From: Carcharhinus longimanus
Lineage: Eukaryota
Reading direction: 5' to 3'
NCBI GenBank assembly: GCA_030264375.1
Contig: JASCQW010000146.1
Coordinates: forward strand, 26,407,544-26,471,543
Length of the DNA stretch: 64,000 nucleotides
Shown here: one piece after another, positions 25,870-39,508 of the stretch
Numbering within the stretch: position 1 is the stretch's first letter
How the letters are laid out: each line of letters opens with the position of its first letter
Position numbers and translations under genes: made by a program
Notes under the pieces: generated by a model
What the model was told of the DNA's origin: nothing
What the model saw: the letters and a program-made list of their open reading frames with translations, nothing else
Database searches by the model: none

Positions 25870-28800
25870 AAATTATCCTGGCAATAAGCCCTCAACATTG
25901 TATTTAGGGTCTGTTGCCAACTTTCCAGTGCTGTCTGGGATTCAAGATGGTACACACTCTATGTAAAGTGTCTGATGCTTAAACTATCCATGACCTCCTT
26001 AAAAAATTTAGCAGTAAAATTGGACCCTTGGTCTGACTGAATCTCCCTGGGTAATCCATAATGGGTAAAGAAAGCGAGCAACTTCTCCATAACCTTTTTT
26101 ATCTTGACATTCTGTAATGGAGTTGCCTCTGTAAATCTGATAGACACATCCATCACGGTTATCAAATACTGGTTCCCACTTTTGGTTTTAGGGAGGGGAC
26201 CTATGCAATCAATTATAACCCGTGTAAAAAGGTTCTTCAAACGTGGGAACTGACATCAAAGATGCTGGTTTATCACTGCTTGTGGCTTTTCTACCATCTA
26301 ACATGTATGACAGATATGACAAAATTCAACCACATCGTTATGTAATCCAGCTGAATAAAAATACTTCCGTGTCTTAGCCTGAGTTTTCCTCACTCCTAGA
26401 TGAGGTCCTATAGGTTATGTGTGTGCCACTCGCAATACTTCCAGTCTGTGTTGCTGGTAGAATACAATCTGGTGAACTTGTGCCCATTTTTCATCTGTGC
26501 TAACTGCCAAGGTCTCCAGATCCTTAAGACTTTATCCTTAAGATAATAGCATTCTGGGATACACTCTGATTCCTTTTCCGAGTAGGCTTTATGATACAAA
26601 TCCTTTATCGTCTGATCTTGCTACTGTAGCTCCATTAATTTTTCAGAACCACATACCTCTGCTTGTTCCTAACAGCAAAATAGACTATTATTTAAATGGT
26701 AAAAAAATTGCAGCATGCTGCTGTGTAGAGGGATTTGGGTGTCCTTGTGCATGAATCACAAAAAGTTGGTTTGCAGGTGTATAAGAAGGTAAATGGAGTT
26801 TTGTCCTTCATTGCTAGAGGGATGGAGTTTAAAAACAGAGAAGTTAAGTTGCAGCTGTATAAGGTGCTGGTGGGGCCACACCTGGAGTAAGTGTACAGTT
26901 TTGGTCTCCTTACTTGAGAAAGGATATACTGGCACTGGAGGGGGTGCAGAGGAGATTCACTAGGTTNNNNNNNNNNNNNNNNNNNNNNNNNNNNNNNNNN
27001 NNNNNNNNNNNNNNNNNNNNNNNNNNNNNNNNNNNNNNNNNNNNNNNNNNNNNNNNNNNNNNNNNNNNNNNNNNNNNNNNNNNNNNNNNNNNNNNNNNNN
27101 NNNNNNNNNNNNNNNNNNNNNNNNNNNNNNNNNNNNNNNNNNNNNNNNNNNNNNNNNNNNNNNNNNNNNNNNNNNNNNNNNNNNNNNNNNNNNNNNNNNN
27201 NNNNNNNNNNNNNNNNNNNNNNNNNNNNNNNNNNNNNNNNNNNNNNNNNNNNNNNNNNNNNNNNNNNNNNNNNNNNNNNNNNNNNNNNNNNNNNNNNNNN
27301 NNNNNNNNNNNNNNNNNNNNNNNNNNNNNNNNNNNNNNNNNNNNNNNNNNNNNNNNNNNNNNNNNNNNNNNNNNNNNNNNNNNNNNNNNNNNNNNNNNNN
27401 NNNNNNNNNNNNNNNNNNNNNNNNNNNNNNNNNNNNNNNNNNNNNNNNNNNNNNNNNNNNNNNNNNNNNNNNNNNNNNNNNNNNNNNNNNNNNNNNNNNN
27501 NNNNNNNNNNNNNNNNNNNNNNNNNNNNNNNNNNNNNNNNNNNNNNNNNNNNNNNNNNNNNNNNNNNNNNNNNNNNNNNNNNNNNNNNNNNNNNNNNNNN
27601 NNNNNNNNNNNNNNNNNNNNNNNNNNNNNNNNNNNNNNNNNNNNNTTCTGTGAATAAACTATATTCCTGGAATACCCAAGTTTTCTATTATTTTCACTAT
27701 CACTCCCTAGTCTTAATTTGACTTTCTAGCGATAGCTTACACAGGGGAACATTACTACTGTCTTGGGCAATATTTCAGAAAGAGTGCAAATATTTTCATC
27801 TCTATTAGAGACAGACTAGTTCCCATGTCTCTCAATATTTTAACTTCTTTACCTACTTCCTCTGTTCTACCTGAGTAAATCTTATCCACACAGGTCAAGT
27901 CTTTGAAAAGGTCAGGCACTATTTTACAATCCAGCATGTGCCTAGGCTATGCACTCTCCTTCAGTTCCTCAACTTCTCTCTGGATTTCCTTCACTCCTTC
28001 AACTAATCCCACTGGTTGAGCCTCTTTTACCACATCCTTTATCCCAATGCCTTTCTTAAGCCACTAAAGTACTGTGACTTTATGTGTCCCACCTTATTAC
28101 AGTGAAAACACCTGAGCTCTTTCACCTCTTTTCCACTCTTTTAAGTTTCTTTTTACACGTGATAAACTGTTCCCAATGTGATCTACTTTGTTCTTCATTG
28201 GAGGATCTCCTTCTTTTCCAATTTCTATCCCTCACAGAATGAAATTGCTGTCGGAAGCTAGATTTTCATTTATGCACTAACGTCTATTCATCTGCCACCT
28301 CTGCAGCTCTTTTCACTGTTTCTGCTCCTCAACATGAGTTCTTATTACTTCTGGAAGTGAGTTTTTAAACTCTCCCAGCAGAATAATATCTCTAAGAACC
28401 TCATATGCCCTATCTTTAATGCTCTCATCTATCTATTGAAGTTACTCTGTTTAATTCTTTCAAAATCAAAACAAGTCTGACCTGGTTCCTTTCTTACATT
28501 TCTGTACCGTTGTCTGTATGCTTCTGGTATCAATTTGTAGGTACTTCATGTTCTCTGGAAGCCTCCTCTGACAGTGCTGCAAACACCTCGGTAGCCTTGT
28601 CTACCAACTTGGTCTGAATTAACCCACACCTCCTCTTGCCAGTTCATCTGTGTAGCCAATTTCTCGAAGGAAATGAAAAAGGCTTCTGCACTTATCCAAA
28701 CATTATCATAATTTGATGAAATGTTTATATATATCCCTAGCAGGCAGTTGGCTACGATAAGCTTGCTCATCATCACTTCCATCTTGCACTTTCACTTGTT

Positions 28801-29620
28801 ATTTGAAGTCTTTTTGCTTCAAGTTCCAATTTCATCTTTTCAAATTGGACAATCTTTTCCTTTCTTTATTTTCTCTCTTTTTCCCTTTCTTTTGCTAGGG
28901 CCTTCCTCTCTTTTTTTCTTGCTTCTCTTTTTCCCTTTCTTGTGTTAGGGTCTTCCTCTCTCTTTCTTCTACCTCCAGCCTTTAAGTTCACTTTCCAATT
29001 CCAATTGTTTCATTTACAATTTAATTTTTTTTCTAACTCCACTGTTTGATGGTTTCTCTGATATACCTAAATGCTTGGCTAACTCTGCTATAGTTTCAAC
29101 TTTATCATCATCTCTGGTTAAATCCAATTTTAGCCTGTTTGCTAATTCGATAAGTGTCATCTTTTTCTGTCTTTTTAAACTTTCTTGGCAAATTTGGGAA
29201 GTATGTTCGATCCTCAGAACCTCTTTAACAATGCTAAGAGCCATTTCGTCACTTCTGATTTAACTGACTAGAAGTCACCCAAATTGAACAGATTTTCCAC
29301 TTCTCACTTAAGATTAATTTAAAGATCTAGGATTGTTCAAATTCCTGACCTGAGCCCCCAATCTGCTTTTAAGCGGAGGTTGATCACCCCGCCCCCCCCA
29401 CCCCCGACGTGAACTAACACTGAAACACTCAGAAATATCACGCCTTTTAGTCTGTAAAAAGTGAGAGAAGCAGTGTGACCTGCCCTTCAGCAACCCCGAG
29501 TAGTTAAATGCAAAATAAATCCCTGACACTCACTCTAAAATCAACACGTAACAATTCATTTATCTAACCAGTGAACAAATTAACTAAAATATTAATTCAA
29601 ATTGATTGGCTAAATTCAAA
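25870..29620 (-). mobile_element. Decayed Gypsy-superfamily LTR retrotransposon, Gmr1-like (5' LTR remnant, PBS, gag, protease, integrase; 3' truncated)
   Basis: Integrase core IIDCIGPLPKTKSGNQYLITVMD..GLPREIQSDQGSNFT (25959-26240); protease-like ILRDMGTSLSL (~27810-27843); zinc knuckle CFHCNKVGHIKSQY (~28070-28110); gag YKLIPEAYRQRYRN (~28500-28540); gag start MALSIVKEVL (29244); PBS-like TGGGGGCTC at 29360-29352; many stops and frameshifts. Confidence 0.85.
26670..26966 (+). mobile_element. CR1-like LINE fragment nested in the Gypsy element, running into a 679-N gap
   Basis: RT C-terminal motifs LQLYKVLVGPHLE*..QFWSPYLRKDILALEGVQRRFTR. Confidence 0.85.
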
Positions 29621-29850
29621 AGCCTGCTGTCTTGGTAAAAACTACTGCTTGGCCTTTTGATACAAGTGTTTCATTTTGGGCTCCCTATGTACTTGTATTT
29701 TTAAAAACAAAAAAGCATCACCTTTTAAAGGAACCATGCAATGCTTTTTCCCCCTGACATTTTACAATTTTACCATTTTTACAAACACCAAATTCTAACT
29801 TTCTACCTCCCAATCTACAGTTATTCTTCCCGACCTCGGCAAGATAGCAA

Positions 29851-30104
29851 CCACTGCTGCCTCACAGCGCCAGGGGCCCGGGTTCGATTTCTGGCTTGGG
29901 TTACTGTCTGTGCGGACTTTGCACGTTCTCCCTATGTATGCATGGGTTTCTTCCAGGTGCTCTGGTTCCCCCCACAGTCTGAAAGATGTGCTGGTCAAAT
30001 GCACTGATCCAAACAGACGCTGGAATGTGGCGACCAGGGGAATTTCATAGTAACTTAATTGCAGTGTTAATGTAAGCCTTACTTGTGATTAATAAATCAA
30101 CTTT
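29851..30104 (+). mobile_element. V-SINE-like SINE, second tail type
   Basis: Same head and core, but tail is taacttaattgcagtgttaatgtaagccttacttgtgattaataaa. Confidence 0.8.
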
Positions 30105-30451
30105 AACAAAGGTTATATGGAAGAATCACAGCTTTGCTTTCAGCATGTGCTTGCCACTGAACTGGACTGATTAATTTTGTTTATTTTTCTTGTCATGAAT
30201 TTATCAGTTGGGTTCCTGCTTTCACCACTCAAGCACATTTAAGGCTGGCAGACAGGAAAATACTGATTCCCCCTGTGCAAACCTTTATTGATAGGATATT
30301 AGCATAGATTAAAGTTAGGGAAAGCTTACATTTTTTGCTGCAGTAATATATAGCAGTAATGATGAAACAGAATTATAAATTAGTTAAGACAAAATATAGT
30401 CTTGGCTTGCACTGAGAAACAGGCAAATACCAGAGCAGTGAAATGAAAGTA

Positions 30452-30788
30452 TCATAGAAACCTATAGTGCAGGGAGGCGCCATGTGGCCCATTGAGTCTG
30501 CACCAACCACAATCCCGAGGCCCTACCCCCCTTAACACTACATATTTACCTGCTAATCCCTCTAACCTACGCATCTCAGGACACTAAGGGACAATTTTTA
30601 AGCATGGCCAATCAACCTAACCCACACATCTTCGGACTGTGGGAGAAAACTGAAGCATCGGAGGAAACCCACGCAGACACAAAGAGAATGTGCAAACTCC
30701 ACACAGACAGTGACCCATGCTGGGAATCAAACCCAGGTCCCTGGAGCTGTGAAGCAGCACTGCTAACCACTGTGCTACCGTGCCGCCC
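30452..30788 (-). mobile_element. HE1/V-SINE-like SINE, near full length
   Basis: Reverse complement of the same head, core and tail as 14239-14581. Confidence 0.85.
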
Positions 30789-31876
30789 TAAGTACTGTAT
30801 ATAGAAAGCTGCAGCTCTATGATAAACACCACAGGATGGCAAGTGGCTTGAAAAACTGATGCATTTGAAAAGCTGACTCGAACACTGACTGTTCTAAGCA
30901 GCATCTGGAAGAACTATTCTTCTATCACGTTTGGACACATTTCACAAATCAACACCATCTATTTTCTTCAGTAAACTAAGTACAGAAATGTTTCTTGTCG
31001 CTTATGATTAGCTGAAAAATTCTTGTGACTAAAACAGAAGATTGCTGTAAACTGGAAAGGCCCATGTTTAAAAATGTTTTAGATATTTTCTGATCTGTTT
31101 TTCATAAGATGATTTTAAGAACGTCAACCAATTTGAAGCAAAAGGATGGCATGGTGCAACTGTGTACTAAAATGGAAGTACACAACATCATGCCTACAAT
31201 TATCCTAATTCCTCAAATTCAGTTTTGTCATTAGAGGAGCTCTCAGTGGAAGAGAATAAAATATACAAGCAATCACTTCTATCACAGTTAAACATTACCT
31301 AGCAGCCAGTTCAAGAGAAAGACTGGAAGAAGGCTGATGCTTGCACTCTTGGATGGAGATCATCAAGCAATCAATAACGAAATAGAAGTTTTCTAAAATA
31401 GAAGTTTATATTCTGCAGCAATAAAAGTCTTAGAATTTCAGTCTCCAATGTGGCAGAGAAGGCTCAATTTAAAAAAAGAATACTAAACTTAGGTGCAATT
31501 AAAAAAAAAATCTCACTCTTGCAGAATATTAAGCAACACTTTTTAAAATGCGTACTTTTTAACTCATTCACTACTAAGGGTAGGATTGGGCTTTGTTCCA
31601 ACTCCATTTCTTGACGCTAGGAAGCTGGCAGATGGTGTCTTTATGCACTGTGCACAATGGGTGCCGGGCTTTAATAATTGACAACACAATGGCAACAGAA
31701 TAAATGAATTAAAAGGCGTGATTAAAGTTTGCATCTTTGAACTGAAAAAGCCTTTGGCCACTTATTGTGTAATTTTCCTCATTTGAATTCAATAACTAGT
31801 TTTATTAAAACATTCCAAGCAGTTCAATACCAAAAACAGAAAATAAAAAAGCTTTGAGTGTTTCTTAATTGTTTAC

Positions 31877-31961
31877 CTGTAGTTTGTTTCAGTAAAGCCT
31901 GTCCATTTTTAATGGCTTGATCGACATTCTTCTTCCGGGATATAATGTCATCATTCAAAGC
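31877..31961 (-). CDS. MACF1: MACF1 exon, 85 nt (ALNDDIISRKKNVDQAIKNGQALLKQTT)
   Basis: tgtag|GCT ... ACA G|gtaaac; phase 0/1. Confidence 0.94.
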
Positions 31962-33122
31962 CTACAAAAGAGATCATAGCAGCTGCTTAATAAAAGGATG
32001 GTGAGGTTTCTACGGAAACATCATTCTTGCTTCTCATGACTCTAATGCAAAGGGGTCCAAAAAGGACTGAATCTGAATCGTAGCCAAATGCAAGTAAAAT
32101 TACAGAGCAGCTGCCTTGATCAATGCTGGGAATTGCTGTGAAATGAGCAGCAATTCCTCAGAATCCATGCTTACAACTTTTCATCACAAAATTATTTTAA
32201 GTCAGCATTAGATTATGTTGGTAACAGCATAGTCGTTTTATGAATTAAGTTGTTTTACAAGCCACATGTACATGACTTTAAAGCTATGAATCAAATAGTT
32301 CAAAATGAAAAGATTAAAATGGAATGATCAAAAAAGTGCAATTAGCAGATAAGCCAATAATTTTTTTTAATAGAAAAATTGATTTGCCTATAGAGAGTTA
32401 CACCAAAATACTGATTGTCTGATGATTAACTTCTCAAATATTGGTCTATGCAGCCTTCTGGCTTATCAGTTGAACAACTCAATGTTGGTATTCATGGATA
32501 TCATGAACTAAATGCTTATGCCAAATGTGTTTACATCCATACCTCAGATTAGTAAATATTTTTATTCTGTTCTTTAGAATGCAACAATTAAATAGTCTAA
32601 GTATAATCAAAACAGAACTAACTTCTAACTGTAATATTCCTGCGCAAATCAGATAAAACAGATTGATAAGATGGACAAAGAGGCACCATTGTCGTTTCAC
32701 TTTAGTCTCCATCTTATACGCATATACTTTAGGCTACATGAATTTGATTTCATATTTGTGTACATTATTTTAAAACATTTACGAGCAATGCAACATGAAG
32801 ACAAACCGTGAAATCTAAAAGTGTAGAGTAAGAGGAATAACAAATGCAACAGTAGGAAGATATTCAGGATTTTAATGTGAGGTGTAATTTCTTAGGATTT
32901 AAAAAATAGCAAGATAGATTGAGGCAAGTTACTTTAATTGCAACCTTTATGAAGATAATTTAGAAACAAATGCTAAAATTGAACCAAAGAAACAAAAAAA
33001 AATGAAGTAATTAAAATCAAAATGATATAAAAAATTAACTATCAACAGAAAATTGGTGAAGCGTGGATTAAGTTAACTAAGTTAATGCAACAGAAGAAAA
33101 ACTTTAAAATAAAATGAAATAC

Positions 33123-33449
33123 CAGCTGCTCTGTGTGTTGTTTGTGCAGGATGTCAGATTTGTAATCTTTGATGGTCACCAGACTGAGCTTGTCCTGAAC
33201 ATAAGCCAGCCAGTTCAACACCTCCACTTCTTCCTCTCCAAAGATCTTGGCATTAGCAAGGGCTTGTTGGAGCAAAGCTGCCTTTCGGCTGCACCTGTCC
33301 CCAATCTCCCTATACTGAGTCTGGATAGACTCCAATTTGTCCTCTACCATCTCCTGGTCTGCTTTTGCGCTCAACGTCATGAGAAACTGGCCGACACTGA
33401 CTGCCTGTTGGATGTTCTGACTTTGATTTGTGATGTCGTCCTCTAAGGC
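33123..33449 (-). CDS. MACF1: MACF1 exon, 327 nt (ALEDDITNQ...HKQHTEQL), one spectrin-repeat length, symmetric
   Basis: ttcag|GCC ... CTG|gtattt; phase 0/0; 109 aa. Confidence 0.94.
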
Positions 33450-35856
33450 CTGAACCAAGGATAAAATTATAGCATAAAGAAAACATGATTATGAATTGAA
33501 AATTTTTAACAAAAAAAGCTGATGCATCAAAATAAATTTCAACAAAAAAGACACATATTGCACCTTTAACATGGCAAAACTTTCCATGGTGTCACAAAAA
33601 GAGAAAAAGGAACTGGGAACATCTTTAATTTAATCTAGATCAAATACCATTTATACAGGATTTAGCAGAGGAAACATTAGGCCTTAAATCTGCAATGGAC
33701 AGTTTAATCCAAAAATAAAATTAGTTATTTTCTTAGCTGATAACAACTTTGACAAAAGATTGCAGTTAGTGTAGCTGAGAGAGAAAGTCTGGACCAAAAT
33801 TATGTTAAACTGGCCAGGGCAAAAAAAATCTTGATGCAACTTCAAAAACGTTTTCAAATTTGGTTTGAAGCCAAAAATGAACTTAATAACAAATGACCTG
33901 TCTGAATACAAGAAAGCAAACATCTGCAAAGCTAATTCTTCCCAATCTATAATGCAGGAAACATCTTAATACTTTATTACTGTTTTTTGTATGCAACATT
34001 TCTACATTAGTAATATATAAATAAAAACATGCCCATAATATATAAACGCTCAGCCAATTCCGCAATCACTAGGAACAGAGTTGAGATTGGCGAACAGGTT
34101 ATTTTTAACTTTATTTTTAAAGTCAGGCACTTTCGTTCCATTAATTTGGGCGTTTGGATTTTCACCTATGTTCTAAAGGTGACAACTGGATGCTACTAGT
34201 TCATACTATTCATACCTTTACGTCTCTTTCTAATGCCTTCAACCATTATCATTTATGCTTAATGTGGCAGACACAGTGAAGAGTGGAGTTACTCTAACGT
34301 TCTCATGAATACTGTTCATTAATAACCAAAGTGGCAAGAAAACATAGATGACTGATCTTAAAAGTATTTCACTGTTTGCAAAATAAAGCTCACCACAGAT
34401 GCAGGACAGCACACTCTGAGTGCAATCAATTAGCACAGCAAAGTTACAATAATTAAGAATTTAATATAGTCTCAAAGGTTCTCCAATAGGTTGGCCATCT
34501 AGTGACTGACTGAGCCAAAGAAATCAGCAAGTTTTAGGTCTTATGCTAGGAGTTAGTTAGCCTCAGCTAGGACAGGAATAGGACTCTTGGCTCAGGCAGA
34601 CAGTAATCAAGCAGGGTTCCATTCCTTGATGGTGAATCTAGTTTGACGCTCACATTTGTGGGTGTTGAGCAAAGACAGCACTGGCTTGATTGTGAAGTCC
34701 CCTGGTAATGCAGCCTGCTGAAAATTACTTCCATCAATTCTAACAGAGGAATAAAAGTCACTTGAGTGGGGCATTAAAATATGCCTGTGGAACCTTATCG
34801 CAGCAAAAATTCAATGCATTTAGAAGAAAAGAAAACTAGCAACATGAAAAAGGGAATAATCTCAAGAGCCACTGAGTGGAGTCCAATATTCATTGAAAAT
34901 GGGGATGGGGCAGGGTTGAAAGAGTTTCATTAAAGTTACAGTTGAGAATTATTTTTAACAGATACATTGAACATAAAAGTAATGATTTTTTGCAATAAAA
35001 TGTTAGAAACCCCTATTATTAAGTTCTTTGCAATAGCAGGCAAAGCTACATTACTTTCATTTAGGGAGTTAACAGGCAATGTATTGAGACACAACAGGTG
35101 GTTTTGTGAAAATGAAAGATAGTTTGGATAAGAATGAATGAGAGATACATGTACATGTATACAGAAAAAGTTCTTGCTAAGGATAAATCCAATTGGATCT
35201 GATTTTAGTTCAAATCAATAAACCAGATTCTGGCGTGTCGCCAACAAAAGTAGTAATTCTTCCTTCAGTTGAATGGCATTGTGAAAACTTGGCTTACTCC
35301 CAGCTTATTTTCTCTTTCTAGTGTTTCCTTGTCATCCATTAAAAACAAAACAGAAAAGAAAAAGTTTGAACTCTTCTCAGTCCAAACAAAAGGAAGCTTG
35401 TTTTTCTTTCTCATACCATCACAGCATTTGACAAGTGTTGTTACGGTGAGGGAGGGGGACAAAAAGGTGATTGTGTTGGATTTTCATTTCAACATTTTAT
35501 TTACTTAAAACCAAAAAGGACTCCTGTGCATTTTTGCAAATCATTGCAAATATATATATTTACACACAAGGTTTATGGTGCATTATTTCCTTTCCAGGAT
35601 GATTGTTGTTTTTTTAAAATGGTGAAGGAACTGCAGAGTGAGGATATTTTGCAATTATAAAGTCCATACGTGACTTCAGTAGAACAAAGTTAGAGCTGAT
35701 TCTGATGCATTGTGAATAAAAGAATACACAAAACTTGCATGTTTTATTTACTATAACAAGAAAATAAAGTCTGAAAATGTAATAATTTTACATTGTTTAA
35801 AGCTAAACCAGTAAAATGCCACAAATGAAGTTATACCATGGAATGATGCCACTCAC

Positions 35857-36016
35857 CTTATGGCGGGTAATTTGCTGCTGGATTTTAGCAGTTTGAGTTC
35901 CTACAGGTTCAGAGTTGGCCAATTTCTTCTCCTTGCTGGTTAGCCACTCATTCAAGGGCTCCACTGTCTCGTGGAACTGCTTTGCAATGACTAATATATC
36001 CTCTAACTGCCTCTGC
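35857..36016 (-). CDS. MACF1: MACF1 exon, 160 nt ([17 protein letters not shown]...QQQITRHK)
   Basis: tgcag|G CAG ... AAG|gtgagt; phase 2/0; translated by hand (absent from ORF track). Confidence 0.94.
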
Positions 36017-37796
36017 CTGCATTAACACAAAGCACATAGTCTCCAACTGCTTAAATATTATTGTGGTGCAAACATTTACACAAACAGCATGAGAAATCAT
36101 TCATGGTGACTGCATTCAATTAAACAAAATCTTAATAGCCTCATTCTTACACACAGTTTAAAATCTGTGGGCATATAAGCTGGAGGAGTAGACAATGTGC
36201 ACAAATACATTACATGTGGTGTAAAGACAGGTGCGAGCGTAAGAAGCGGTCGGTGTGAATATTTGACTGGGGCAAATTGACAAACAACAGAATAAATGAC
36301 TGTTCAAATGATTATGTGCACAGACTATTGAATTATGGTTACATTTAGTGATTTTCTTCCCCCCTCAGAGCTGAAATATGTTCATGCAACAGCAGAGTAC
36401 ATTTTTGTAAATGGATGTAGAATATTTTTCTAATGAGGGCCTCTGATTTATTTTAATGAGTAAAGACAATATTTATTAAATGTTATAGCTGCTGTTGTTT
36501 TGTTCTTTGGGGAACATGTTATATGGTTAACACATGTTAAGTTTTCTTCTAAGCCGACTCTTTGGATAAATATAGGTTTTGGATTTGTAAGGTCTATAAT
36601 CAGATGTTCAAATTTGACAGCTTTAGTTATTAAGTAGAATGAAGATTCCATTATAGCATTCAGAAGGCACTTTCTCTTACAAAGCTACCAGTGATTCAGA
36701 TACACATCTAGTATTACTGCAGCCAGGGATCAAATATACAACACCCCTCACTACACAACTGTGGATTTAGAAGAATTCACTCAACTATAGGGAAAAGGAA
36801 GTAATAAATCACATAAAATGACAACTACTGAAATTGACCTTCTTTGCATCTGTGCAGATATCCCTTTGCAAATGGCAATATAGCTGTTTGATTTTTTAAA
36901 AATGGATTTGTTTGTACCAAATATGATGCTCATCCCTAGTATTTTATAGGATTTCGGAATAGGAGTGAGAAAATGGTTTTGTGCCAATGTGTTTTTTTTT
37001 AGTAGAAACAGTTGACCAATTGTCTTCCACCCAATGCCCAAACAGCTAACAGATAGTGCAATGATACGAATGGATCTACAGATTTTAAATGGAGTAAAGC
37101 TATTAAGTTGGGTTTGCTTTAAGTTGTTGTAATCCAGTTGACAGTGACCCGTCTGCACAGCTGTGCATGCACATATGCAGTCAAGTGTTTACAAGTCCAA
37201 TAGTCATCACAATAAAAGCTTTCCTCCACATTTGACGAGGTGTGGTAAAATCTCACCATTGATTCATACAAGCTGTTCATGCAAATGTTTGCAAAATAAA
37301 CATATCTCAAGGTTTTGTTGAACTCAGATGGAACAAGTGTCTGCTTTGCTTTTTATGCATTTTCTGTATTCTTTACATGTATGTAATTAACCAAACGAAC
37401 AATTTGGAAATCTTTTCTGCTTCCAATCTTTTCCCTTTAATATTTCATTGGTACAATGGAACCCAAAAATTTAAAAATATTAAAATTCTAGTTTTGCTCA
37501 ACTGACTTTAATGTTGTTTGTTCAATCTTTCTATGGTACTGATAAGAAAGTTTGGCATTCACAACATATTTATATTAAAAGTTAAGGAAACACAACTCAT
37601 CAAAACTAGAATGTGTAATATGTCTCAATTTTGACTTCAAACTCTCCACGACTGACTAAGAATGACTATGGTGGGAACTTTTAATTTTGGAAAACTGAAA
37701 TGTTTCCACAAAGCTGTTTAAAAAACATCTTGATTTACACACACAGCAAATATAATGGTTTTGTCTCTCCCATATGAACATGAAAAGATCTTGTAC

Positions 37797-37963
37797 CTTG
37801 CTGCGGCCTTGCTGAGCAAACCATCCCATCTCTCTCCCAGACTCTGTAGTTGTTTCTGAATCTTTTCTTTTTCAGCTGTTTCTGCTGACTCTGCTATTCT
37901 CTCCCCTTCTGCCTTGATAATCTCCACTGTGGATTTGCGATCATCCAGTAGTCTTTGCAAGAG
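37797..37963 (-). CDS. MACF1: MACF1 exon, 167 nt ([12 protein letters not shown]...LLSKAAAR)
   Basis: cccag|CTC ... AG|gtacaa; phase 0/2. Confidence 0.95.
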
Positions 37964-38539
37964 CTGGGCAAAAGAAAAGCAAAAGTGACAACAGTTGCCA
38001 AGAGGCTTTACATTTAAATCTCACATTTTTGTGGAACACTGCTAAAGCAACTGCCCTGGGAGGCTGCTCCATGTATAAGCCTTTCTGAACTTCTTTATGC
38101 TTTCCACATTCTTTGTAAGATACTGCAAAAATATTTTCCATCTTTTCAGCTCTTATTCTTGAGTTTTATAGAATGCTGAGCATTTTAAGAAAAAAAAAGT
38201 CCTTGGTCAATAACAGATTTTCAATCCCATATGATGCAACAATAAACCAAAATAAAAATAGTTACTTCTTCCTCTCACTATACAACACAGCTGCTTGACC
38301 TATGTGCTTGTCTATGCACAGGGAGGGAATGGACGAAAAATAAATATTCCCCCCCAGAAGAGACAAAGTAGTTTGAAGTCTTGCCAACACTTAACAGCTT
38401 GAAAAGAGATCTGTTCCTTGTTGAAGATTCCAGAGTTGGTTCGCCCTTCAGTCCAGTCTGATGCAACAGCAAGTTCCCAGTCATGCTTACCACAGACAGA
38501 TTAGATCCTGCTACAGGGTATTCCAGTTTTTTCGAATGT

Positions 38540-39290
38540 ACAAGATGCGAACAAAGAGCATTAGTCCATTTGGCCCCTCAAGCCTGCTCCACCATTCCAT
38601 AAGATCATGGCTGATCCGATTGTGGCCTCAACTTCACAATCTGTCTCCTCCAGATACCTTTCAATTCCACTGTTCAAGAACTTATCTGCCTCTGCCTTAA
38701 AAACATTCAATGATCCTGTCTTCGCTGTTTTCTGGGGAGAAGAATTTCATAGATTCACGACCCCCAAAGAAAAAAATTCTTCTCATTTCTGTCTTAAATG
38801 GGAGACCCCTTATTTTTAAATTATGCCCCCCAGTTCTCCTCTCTACCACAAGGAGAGCATCCTTTCAGAATTCACCTTGTGAAGTCCCCTCAGGATCTGA
38901 CATGTTTCAATAAAATCACCTCTCATTTTTCTTAACTCCCATGGATATAGGCTCTACCTGTCCATTCTCATACCCCTACCACAGCAATCATTCAAGTGAA
39001 CCTTTTCTGAACTGCTCCTCACAGATTTATTTATATCCTTTCTTAAATGAGGCCAAAAATGTACACAGCACTCTGGATGTGGTCTCACCAACACCCTCTA
39101 CAACATCCCCACTTTTATATTTTATTCCCTTGCAATAAACAACATTGCATCTGCATTCATAATAACTCGTTGCACCTGCATAATGTTTTGCGATTTGAGA
39201 CAGGACACCCAGACCCCTCTGTCTGCAATCTCTCTCCATTTAAATAACATGCTATTAAGTTCACGTTTCCCATCTTATATTCCATATGCT
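38540..39290 (-). mobile_element. CR1-like LINE 3' region (decayed)
   Basis: Remnants of the RDLGV..YCVQFW..EMRRNFF..VVNLWN region and a CR1-type 3' tail. Confidence 0.7.
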
Positions 39291-39508
39291 AACTTCCCTA
39301 CAGCTGCACTGCCTTAACTCCAAAAACATACATCAACAAACATTTGCACTCTCATCAAGTTCAATGCAGATCAAATATTTTCTTTACACAAAAAAATTTT
39401 ATAGAATTTTCAAAATCACTTCAGAAATGATTAAATATAAGGAAACTATCTAAATTGGATCAACAATATTTCAAGCCCCTTTAAAAACCACACACTACTA
39501 CGTGCATG

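Noticed and set aside
26914-27657. Long ORF-track entries of mostly X (also 44714-45134, 41219-41590, 10567-10836)
   Set aside because: Artefacts of translating through N gaps.
38491-38510. Possible microexon ctgtag|..TGTG|gtaagc
   Set aside because: 17 or 20 nt would shift the frame in a phase-0 intron, and it abuts a LINE fragment.
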